A DNA stretch of 64,000 nucleotides, taken from the NCBI GenBank assembly GCA_015680685.1, contig MNCI01002379.1, positions 1 to 64,000 of the forward strand. Direction: 5' to 3'. The notes beneath the pieces are model-generated. The model ran no database searches, was not told the origin of the DNA, and was given only the letters and a program-made list of their open reading frames with translations. Shown piece by piece: positions 53,578 to 64,000 of this stretch. The position numbers and the translations under genes were made by a program. The first letter of the stretch is position 1, and each line of letters opens with the position of its first letter. The DNA comes from Gnetum montanum (Eukaryota; Plantae; Gnetophyta).

Positions 53578-56204
53578 TGTAAAATCCCACCCTAGCTAGG
53601 GTAGGGTGATGCCTAAGATCACTAGTAATCTCACAATGGAAGCATGATCACTAAAAACTAATGATGTGCAGAAATTTCATACCAAACCAAATACTAAACA
53701 TACATTTAAATTCATAAAACTACATGTCTATACATACACCAAAATATGCACTACTATGCTAAGATACAAACTCACATAAACATCATCATCATATAGATAT
53801 AATAATACAAAGAGATTTATACAACTATACATAGTCCATACTACTGTACATGAAAATATACATTAACCAAGCATTGAATATTTTTCCCTTCTCTACTCCT
53901 CATCTTTGTGCTCATCTAGACTCTTGCGAATTCCACCTATAATGGAATAAATTCAATATACAACTAAGTGGGAAGCCTTTACACTTCCCCTACTAGATGA
54001 TCCACAAGTGCTACATTGGAGGAGAGGAGTATGAAACAAGGTAACTTGTAATAACTATTAGTCTTGTGCATGCTAAGAACAACACATATTCATACCATAT
54101 CACACATCATATCACATCATTTCCACTATCATGCCCATGCCATCATTCTTACAACCCACACAATCATAATTTAATTATAATATATATTATTAATGTTATG
54201 ACTCATAAAATGATACTATTATAAGCCCATGTGGGTGCTAGCATATCCACATTCAGTGTAGCATGTGAAACATTATCATGAGTACTCATAAATAACCATT
54301 GATTCTAGGTCTTTTATTAGTCTTTTATTTATTTAACAGGTGATAAGATTTGTCAACCTATGACATGCAACCACTAGCCTTCTAGAGGATTGACGATAGG
54401 GATGAACACACCTATGCCACATACCAATTGTAGGGAGAAACACACCTATGCTCTTTCACTCTTAGGATGAGACTTGAGACAAGAGCCTCACTAATGCATC
54501 ATGGTGGGGGTCAATCCATACTACCTCTAGAGTGCCTCATCACCAACTAGTCCACATCCACATACTATCACCACCTACTAATGACTATCACAAGCATCAT
54601 TGCAAAGACATGTACACATTCTAGCTTGCTTAAGCCAACACATGTCATAAGAACAACACATCCATACCCAACATAACATGACCACATATATTCATACCTA
54701 ACAGTCACATTCATTCCATTAAAATAATACTACAATTTGACAAAACAAAATTTTGCACCACAACCATATTTCTTGAACTACATGTAATTCCATAAATATG
54801 ACCACTATAATAACCTCCAAAATGATATATGCCCAAAGAGAAAACTAATTCCATGATTAGATCCAAAAAATACCAATTTCACTTAAATTAGACTACTAGA
54901 AGTAAATTTATCTGTGTTAAAATTTTGATTAAGAAACTAATATTTAATTCCTACAAGTATGGATTAAAATTCCCAGAAACTCTCACACAAAAAAAGGCCC
55001 TAAAAATATAACATTCCAGTTATACCAATCTCATCAACATCACATATCATGTTCCACAAGTCCACTTCATACCATACATCACATATATATTACTAAACAA
55101 TTTGTAATCAAAATTGCACAATTTTGTGAAATATGCAAAATAACATGTCGAAGCTCAATCTTTGCACTATCTACCCTACATGCCCACATCACATGATCAT
55201 ATAAACTAGTCCAACACAAAAATATAGGGAAAAGGTAAAGACAATCCACTAATTACAATTTTTGGGGCAAAAAGGCCAAAACAAAAAGAAAACCATGAAA
55301 AATTTGGTAGGACTTTGTTTCACTCTAAAAAAGTTCTGCACCCACGTAGATACAACTACAGAATCCCAAATCTAGGTTCAAAGTAAGAGAAAACCATCCA
55401 TAAAGCTTAGAGTTCAGAAAAATATGAATTAGAAGAAGAGAGAAAAAAACAAAACTAATGAAAATAGGCTCCTATTCATTTCTATTAATGAAAAAATACA
55501 CACACACAAAATAGATCCCAAAACCCAATTTCTATGGGTATGTGGTGGTGAGGTGGTGAAAACAAAAAGGCAAGAAGAAAAAACACAGTGCATAAAGCAT
55601 ATGCTTTTATTTAATAAAAAAATAATGATGTGCTTCTTTTTTCCACATGCCTCACTTCAAATGTATATCTAATTTAACTTTTTACCTTTGAATTATTTAT
55701 GATTTTTTAAATGAAATATTTTCATAAGCTATATTGATTTTTTCCCTTACAACTAATGTCGTGAACTTTAATCATGTGTAACAAACACACTAAGACTCCA
55801 AATCAAAATTTGTGTGAACCTATGGGATCCTTATCAAATGCTCTACACATTTACAAGCCAAAATTGCATCCAAGCATCACACAACATAGTGCTATCATTC
55901 AAGTGCACAAATGCTAAAATTTCATATAAAGCTTAAATGCATCGAATAGGTGCCTTTGTACCCTAATCCAACACCCCTACAAAAAACCTCATCTATCTAA
56001 CACATCACATAGGATTAGTGTACATAATCATGTTAGTTAAGCACGTTAAGACATCATAATCGTAACATAAAGAAGAAGCCTGATAACATATAAAATTCAT
56101 TTATATTAAGTGAACTTATCCCCGATGACCCATTAAAACTCCACACGTAATGGATAAATTATAAGTGTATGACCATACCTAATGTCTTTGGATGGGATGT
56201 AACA
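53578..56204 (-). repeat. 5' LTR of the Tekay element
   Basis: tgtaaaatcc...gggatgtaaca, adjacent to the PBS. Confidence 0.95.
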
Positions 56205-57200
56205 TTATGCCTTTCAATTTATGAGAAGTCATTAAGAATGATATTTTTAATGGAAAGAGAGATGATGAGGATATCAACCCATCTTCTTCATGTAATAATC
56301 ATTCTCAATGTATCTTAGAAGTCAAAGGAGTTTTTTTTTTATGTTTTAGAGTCGATTTAGAGTCATTTGAATGTGTTTTCATGTCTAAGTTATTAGGATT
56401 CATAGGATAAATTCCTTTATCAGAACACTAAAATTATGATAAAAGTTTTTGAAAATGACTGTAAATTTATTTACCATAAATCATGGTATTACAGTATGAG
56501 TTGTGGTCTTCAAATCATGAGTTAACCATGGATTACAATCTTGAAGGATAGTGAAAAAAGCAAATCTTTGAAGATACCACAAGGAGACCATGAGGGCACT
56601 GTGAGTTCTGGTTTGATGAAATGGTCAAAAGAAATTGAAATTAAGGATATTGCAGGTTATGGTATGTTCACCATGACCTAACCATAGGTCATGGTGAAAA
56701 AATCATATATTTTGATCAATTTTGAAAGCTCATAATGCCCTTGTTATTTATATTTTTTAGGCGATCTTATACTTATTGGAAATTTCATGAAAATATTTAT
56801 CTACATGAAAAATTTCAACTTAATTTAATTTTATTTAGATAATCAAATTTGGCTTATAAATATCTTACTCTTAACATTTTGATTTTGTTAGAACACGTCA
56901 CCACAAGTCTTGGAAAAATATTGCAAGTTATAGTTAATAACAAAAGTCATGATTCATGATTTTGATGACTATAAGTGATGATGACCTTATATTTTGACAC
57001 TAATAAGCTCAAAAGCTAATCATAAGTTACAATATGTTCTCTACAAATACCAGAAGTCATGGTAAGATCATGGTGAGGTGGCAAACTTAAATTTTAACAA
57101 ATTTTAAAATCAAATTTTGATGTAGATAGGATTATTGATGTTGACTTGAGCATCCTAATAATTTTTTATGAAGACTTGATCAAACTAATTAAAATTTTTA
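56205..57200 (+). mobile_element. 3' end of the CRM-like host: PPT and 3' LTR start
   Basis: ggaaagagaga (56252-56262) followed by tgatgagg at 56263, the CRM-type PPT/TGATG junction. The right boundary is uncertain. Confidence 0.5.
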
Positions 57201-57751
57201 GCTAAATTAAATTTTGCAAGCTTGATGATCTTTGATTTGACAAATGAAATGTTGAAAATAAAATGCAATGAATAAGTGGAATCAATTTGATAATTTTCAT
57301 GATGTTGATAAGGTGATGATGAGTAATTGTTGTTAATATTGTTAATGAACTTTGATGAATGCTAGAATTAATAAAATGATGAATGAATAGCTTGTGAAAT
57401 AATAATGAATAGTGAATAAAAAATGTTAATGTTTTGAAATTGATGAAAAATTGATGAATTAAGTATAACATATTATGCCCACATATTTATAGCTAATAGA
57501 TAGGGCCATAATGGTGTATGATGGGATAAACCTTTTTTAAAAGGGAAAATAAAATAGCTTAGTTATATATTTATAATATATATCTGTAAATTAGCTAATA
57601 GAATCTTATTAGTTTACAAGTAAAAAGTTCTTTGAGTAAAAAATTTCATGACTTTTGGATGAAGAACAAGATTTAAAAACCTGAATTTTCATGCCTTCTG
57701 GACGAAGAACAAGAGTTCTGTATCTTATTTTTCCTAAGGATGGGTTTTCTG

Positions 57752-57870
57752 AAAAAAAAAATTCCATGAATTAGTGTATGCTCTCACCCTCAGCTGAATT
57801 TGTTGAGATTGTTGAGCATAAATTCGGCCGAGAATGAGAGCATACACTAATTCATGGAATTTTATTTTTT
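57752..57870 (-). ncRNA. Candidate pre-miRNA hairpin (not a family I recognise)
   Basis: Arms at 57752-57801 and 57820-57870 with an 18-nt loop. Perfect 29-bp core (57758-57786 with 57835-57863). In the minus-strand RNA, three of the four loop-proximal mismatches become G:U pairs. Confidence 0.6.
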
Positions 57871-57973
57871 TTTTTGGCTAGAATGCTAGATCTACATCTG
57901 AGCAGAACTCACGTAGAACTTGAGCCCTCCTCCTCCTCCTGCTTTGTGCACTATTTTCATGACATTATCTATG

Positions 57974-57981
57974 TATTTATA
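57974..57981 (-). promoter_or_regulatory. TATA box (TATAAATA) upstream of the hairpin
   Basis: Plus-strand tatttata, ~105 bp before the hairpin on the minus strand. Confidence 0.5.
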
Positions 57982-58015
57982 AGAATGCAAAGGACGTAAC
58001 TTTTCATAACACAGT

Positions 58016-58285
58016 AGGGTTATGCACAAAGTTGGCGTTACCGAAATAGCCTGTCTGGAATTTTAGTTACATGTTAGCGTTGTGCACAAAGTTGCGTTAC
58101 CGAAATGGCAGGTCTGGAATTTTAGTTACACATCAGCGTTATGCACAAAGTTGCGTTACCGAAATGGCCTATCTGGAATTTTAGTTACACGTCAGCGTTG
58201 TGCACAAAGTTGTGTTACCAAAATCGCCTGTGGGAAAGTCAACGTTAGTCAGCGTTACGTACAAAAAATTATCGTTACCGAATTA
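58016..58285. repeat. Tandem array of ~59-bp units, about 4.5 copies
   Basis: Units start at 58016, 58076, 58135, 58194 and 58251. Consensus agcgttrtgcacaaagttgcgttaccgaaatggcctgtctggaattttagttacacgtc. Confidence 0.95.
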
Positions 58286-59299
58286 TGACTAGTAATGGCC
58301 TATCGACCAAATAAAATTTTCTATCTTATCATATGTGCTCAAAAACTCAAATATAAAGTATATAGCTTTTGTTCCTATTTTATAAAAATGCTATTTTTCT
58401 TCACTTGATCTTTAATCTAAAACTTTGTCTTCTCTTGAAATTCAATTTTTACTTTTTGTCTCTATTCTTCTACTTAACTATGTTACACTTCCATATATAA
58501 ATATGGTCTTCCATCACCTTGAACTTTAGAATTTAAAAATCATTTATTTATTTTATTTAAAATCCACAACTTGGGCATGTAAAATTAGTAAAGTGTAAGT
58601 GTTCAAAGTACATGCTAGAACAAATGCAAATAGGCAACTATGGCTTGCAATTAGTCTCAATTTGCAACTACGGGTAACTTGGAGTCATATAGTCTACTAT
58701 AGTTAATGAAAAATTTCCAAAATTCATGTTTCTTGAATTTGACATCAAGTTACAAGTGACCATGAGTCACAAGAGATCACAATCTCAAAATTGTGAATAG
58801 TGGTCAATCACAATCGTTAGAGAAATAGAGGTGAAATGATACGTAAAATAACAATTCTAACGACAATTATTTCATTTCAATTGAATATCTAGAATTAAAG
58901 TTATTAATATTTTAAATTTTCTTAACTAAATAATAAAATATCAATATATAATAAATAATATTAAAGTTTTCCCAAATGCATTGAAATGAAAAATGTTCCT
59001 TGCAATTTCATGGAATAGATGGAAAATCCATATATATCATACATTATTATTTATTCATAAAAATAAGTACATGGCTCAAGAATCCAATATGAGTACAAGG
59101 TTTCCATTTTGCAAAAATACAAAATATACAAAAAATTATTTTGGAAGTTTAGAAGGTCCATGTTATACAAAATTAATCCACCTTTCATCCCATGTTCCTC
59201 TTTTGATGATTCCCTACCTACTCTAGCATATCTACATTGAAATGCAAGAGGAGTTTGAACTCCTTAAATAAGAAAGGTTATTATATTTTCCTCTTCCTA

Positions 59300-62200
59300 G
59301 AGCATAAAATTTCTAAGTCAAAAGTGGGCTAGATGAAGGTTTCCAATTTAATATTTAAAAATATTTCAAGGTCCAAAAATGCCACAAAATTTCCAAAGAT
59401 CCAAAGGAAATAGAAAAACCAAAAGAAAACCAAAAATCCAAAGAATGTATATTTTATCTAGGCATTTTCCAAGGCTAAGTCTTGGTTACTATCACTGCAA
59501 AAATAATATATCAATAGCTCTTGAACTAGCCTTACTACTATTATTATATTATCCTTGTGACTTCAAAAAAGTCACTCATGACTAGGTCTTGCCAATAACA
59601 TCACTACCAACATCCTCAATGGATGAGGTACATAAATCATTGGAAGGATAGGTCTTGACTATGCCTCATTGCATACCACCATGCTCAACTGCTCAATGCA
59701 ATGGTTTTAGCTAAATCCATAGCCTCACGTGAACTTATGAATCAAAATTGGGGTGATGAAGCATCCAGTGGATGGCGTTGACTAGGCCGGATTGACGAAG
59801 CCCCGTCAACGTGACCTCATCGATGCATTTTTCCACGCGTTAACATGGCCTCTTCAATGTAGAGTTCATTTTCCACTATAAATATGCATGCACCCACCAC
59901 ATTTAGGCATATGATCTTCAAGTTGTAGCAAATCTCTTGCAGTTTGTTTCCATAGGAGTTAGACTATTTTCCCAAGTGCATGCCTGCAGTGTGATGCTTG
60001 TAATTGTATGGAACCTTTATTCGAGTGTGACATACTTGGACATGCACATGATCGGCAATAAAGATCAAGATTACTCTATCATTGTAGCATTCACTTAGCT
60101 TTAATTATTAAATTATTATTGTTAATTTTTATTTTTATTTATTTTTTTCTTAGTTAATATTTCTTTACCATCATTTACTATTCCTGTTGTTAAATGTGGA
60201 ATGAGTATGACTTAATCACAAACATTGAAGTGTTACTACATGGTTACCCAGTAGCGTATCTAGGAGTGCTCAAGTAATATATGCTTAGTAAGCCTAGAAG
60301 TAGTACATGAGGTCCAAGATGTGTACGGATGATTAAGGACAAATGCCAATCATTTGTAGGCTAGCTTATATTCTCTTCTCCCACTCCCTCTTAGCTAAAA
60401 CAAAGTTATTTTCCATTTCCTCTAGGACTAGCACTAGTTTAGGCCCACATCATACACCTCACTTTGGACTAAACCATACATGACAAAGCAAATATTAGTC
60501 CAAGTGGAAAGACAATGAACTGTGATCAACATGTAATGATCTAGATACCACAACTAGCCCTTCCACTAAGTTTGAGTAGATCATGCATGAACGCTCGTAT
60601 TTGTATGGTTGAGTGTAGGGGTACCTCACCACTCATCATTGGCACCATTGCTAGGGAATGGTGTTAGTTATTTAGATTAGTTATATCATACAAGATCATT
60701 GTAACAAAGTATTCATGATATATCTTTTAGAAAGAATTAATTACAAACAAGTCATACACACGTTCACAACAACATCTCTCTCACAAGACTATGACAACAC
60801 AACAATTAATGAGGCAATTCATTGGAGAACCAATGCCATATATGATGATGAAGATGAAGTTAGGAGTACTCCATCCTATGCAAGGGTCTCCTATGATCAT
60901 GAGCACCCTAACGATACTCATAGACTCTTGTCATCCAACTCTAGCACCTCTAGTAAGGATGGGACATCCCATAGAATGAGGGGGACTGTAAGGCCTAGGA
61001 CCTTCTCAATAGTTAACAAGAATATATCCAAGGATGATTGGAAGACTTGAAAAAGTCATGATGAGTCTTCCAGTTCTTTCTCTTCCTTTTCTCCTTCAAC
61101 ATCAAGTCATGACACAAATGACTATCTTTCAAGGGGTCGACACAGAAATAAAAATTGAGCCCACGAGCAAAGTCAAGAACACCAACATGAACGAAGAAAA
61201 CATCGTCCCAACTCACAAATTCATAACCTTCCTAGTGACGATGAGCCCCTACTAGCCACTAAGATCCTAATTCATATACAAGAGGTCATTTGAATATCCC
61301 ACAAGCACTGCAAGGAAAGCTATCTACTGAGGCTTGATTTAAATAACTTGCCCAAGTTTTCAGGAGGCTATGATTTAGATATGCAACATCATTTACAAAC
61401 CTTCTACAATGCCTGTGTATGGAAAAATATTAATAATGGGTGGAAAAAACTTAAGCTCTTTCCTACGACACTCGTTGGCCAAGAAAAATATATATATGTT
61501 CTTAAGACCACAATCAATTCGACATTGGCCGACAATGGTAGAACTCTTTAATTAAAGATATCAAACCTATGCAAGAGTGTCAACCTTGAGGAGACAAATC
61601 CAAGAATGAAAATAGGGGTAGCATGAACCCTTGGACATGGCCTTTGAAAGATACTATTCATTTCTAAACAATTTCCTAGGCCATGGATTCTCTGAGGAAA
61701 GGCTAATGTACCACATCATGGATGGGCTCTATAATCAAACAAAGGAGACCCTAGGGATGTATGCCCTAGGTCAACTATATGAACTATGGACCCACCAACT
61801 CCAAGAGCTTATCCAACAGGTAACAAAAGAAGAAGGAGAAATAGCTAAATGGGAGAATGTTGAAAGTTCTCAATAGGACCAAAATCTCAACTTAGCAAGG
61901 GTTCATGATCATGAAGAGGAGAAATCAACTCACTTAAAGGAGGTGGAATCATCTTTACCAATTTTACAATCACTAGATGAAATTGAGATAAAGATCAATA
62001 AGATGATAGACTGGGTACATGAAAGATGTGGAGAATATGCCAACATTATTAGAGGAAGAACCATGATGAATCAAGAAATAGGACAGGACACCACTAGATA
62101 ATCGAAAAGAAGGGTTGAAGAGAATAAGGATAAAAACTCAACTGCCAATCATATGTATCAATGTAATATTTTCCTGTACAATCACCCCAAAGGCCAATGT

Positions 62201-64000
62201 CCAATGAGCATTGGAAAAGAATGTTACATCTAGATTTTGTATAGAAATACCAGGTTCAACCATAGTGGCAAAAAATCTAGTTACAGGGGAGGCCATCGTC
62301 AAATTGGTCACACCCTTCATACCATCCAAACCCAAGTGCTTATTAGCATCCTATTTCCCCGACTGGGTCAAAATCCTCTATTTTATCACATCATTATCAT
62401 TCTCCTAAGTACTATCAACCCATGTCCTCTCCAACAAGATCACCACATCATGGTTATTACACTTCTCCTCACCCTCAATATTCTCATCATTCACCTCCTT
62501 CTACATCGCCAACAGTTGTGCTTGAAGGTTTTTCACCACAACATCAACTGATAAACGTTACTTGTTCTGCTACTATCAACAATAGTGGGAACCCTCCACG
62601 ATGTTAAAAACATCCTTTCTTTAGGCAAGAATATAGAAAGAGACATCATGGTTCTGAAACCAATGCATCCTCCAACTTAGCACAAGTTCAACGCTGTGAT
62701 GTATCTGCCTCCTTGAACTCAATGCTTTTTGTTACTCTGTCTAGGCCACCAATCAACACTTCAACAACCATGCAACCTAATGAATATAGCCATGTAGGGA
62801 GACATATTGATCCTTTCATACCATCTTACAATCACGGGTGCCATAGTGAGTCAACTCCTTATCAATTAACCAAATCTTTTACCTTGCCCCACTATGTATA
62901 CTTTAATCAACTGTGTGCACCCCAATTTGGGTACATTCCAGCCACCACATCAAAAGATACCCAGTGGTTTGGACATGACCAAACTCTAATATTTCCAACA
63001 TGCATGGATCTGCATTTTCCATTTATTAATTCTAGCAATTCCCAAAAGTTTAATTATGGGGGATATCCTCCATTCTAACAAGAAAAATTAGTAAATGTTT
63101 TTCCTTTTCTTCAATTTTACAATTTTTCAAAAAAAAAATTCAAATTTTTGTTTTTTATTTTTTAGTTTTTTATCTTTCAATGTATTGTTTTATCTTTTTA
63201 TTTATTGTTTTATCTTTTTATGATTAATCTCATCTACGAATAAAACACTCATGTGACTCATTGGTTGGGGTGTTGTTCTATGCTATCAAGTCTCAGGTGA
63301 CTAATTACTTGGATAGCAAGCCCGTTACATCCACCCATCCATTCTATTCATAATAAGAGGTTCTAATCTAGGTCCAATGTTATTCTTGACATCATTAAAA
63401 CTTAAAGTAATGTTGTGCTTATTATACCCAGAGTGAAGAAGGATGGACTAAGAGGGAATGGCCAAGCTGTGATATCAAGGGGACTTGTGGATTCTCTTTG
63501 GTGACATCTGTAGAAGTTACCATGCAACCTGGGTGTACTAAGATCCTTGTAGATCTATCCAAAAATGGGAGTAAGAGTAATAAAAACACTCACTCAAAAA
63601 CAAAAAACAAAAAAAATAAGAAAAAGAAAAAAAAAGAGAGAGAGCAAGAAGAGTGTGCCAAAGCAATTCTAAATCACTCCTCCCTTGAACAAAACACCAA
63701 GTGATCGTACACCTTGCTGTCATCATGCTCTTATGGTTTTCCATCATTGGATGAAGCAATGTGATGTCATTGATCAAAGAAATGGACTTGGTCTTGATTT
63801 TGGAGCAATGGGCTAATGACACATTAATCATGCCCTACACTCAGGATTCATTATGTCCTAGGTCAGTTACCTCATGTTCCAATCTCTATAATCCCTTCTA
63901 CAATTTGTCTCATCTCATTGTTCATGTAATTGTGACTTGTGTCTTGTGTTGCATAGAATTCCTACCTCATTATGGTAGTATCAACATGTTTTTATTTTGT
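59300..64000 (+). mobile_element. Athila-like gypsy element (5' LTR, PBS, gag, 3' non-coding region); no pol seen
   Basis: TATA ctataaata at ~59876. LTR ends ...catca at 60638. PBS tggcaccattgctaggga (decayed tRNA-Asp tggcgccgttgccgggga) at 60640-60657. The LTR start is uncertain. Confidence 0.75.
61330..62210 (+). pseudogene. gag: Athila-type gag, disrupted
   Basis: LPKFSG...QHHLQTFYNAC...LKLFPTTLVG (ORF 61348), AFERYYSFL...HGFSE..LMYHIMDGL (ORF 61631), and a C..H...CP remnant at ~62162-62203. Confidence 0.8.

Larger units (their letters stand above)
47397..56204 (-). mobile_element. Tekay/Del chromovirus (Ty3/gypsy) with both LTRs, gag-less, decayed pol
   Basis: Direct repeats of ~2.65 kb with TG...CA ends. 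tRNA-Met PBS (minus strand tggtattagagc) at 53563-53574. PPT (minus strand aaggagggaagaa) at 50051-50063. Domain order PR-RT-RH-INT-chromodomain. Confidence 0.95.

Noticed and set aside
57202-57471. His/Ile-rich ORF
   Set aside because: Low-complexity TGA/TAA-rich sequence read on the stop-poor strand.
58016-58285. CRISPR-like periodic repeat
   Set aside because: Units repeat over their whole length with no unique spacers, there are no cas genes, and the context is eukaryotic.

Overview
AT-rich plant-type heterochromatic DNA made almost entirely of old, nested, heavily CG/CHG-deaminated LTR retrotransposons. I found no intact host protein gene. Recognisable elements are several Tat/Ogre-lineage Ty3/gypsy copies (1-3.4 kb, 14.4-17.5 kb, 18.6-44.7 kb), a Sirevirus-like Ty1/copia remnant (5.05-9.7 kb), a CRM-like gag-protease element (45.5-56.3 kb) interrupted by a two-LTR, gag-less Tekay/Del chromovirus (47397-56204), and an Athila-like element (59.3-64 kb). 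Two features stand out. (1) The Tat-family element carries, between protease and RT and on the opposite strand, a decayed gene of about 8 exons with GT-AG introns that preserve reading frame. It has a Transposase_32/PMD-like domain and a coiled coil, and is preceded by kilobases rich in a CCACGCTGG-derived motif that also fills the LTRs. This resembles a VANC-type protein-plus-motif anti-silencing system in a retrotransposon, which is inference. (2) A CpG-retaining island at 57.7-58.3 kb has a near-perfect ~50-bp-stem hairpin, a minus-strand TATA box and a 59-bp tandem array upstream, making it a candidate unannotated MIRNA gene. All coordinates and translations were read by eye and no searches were run.
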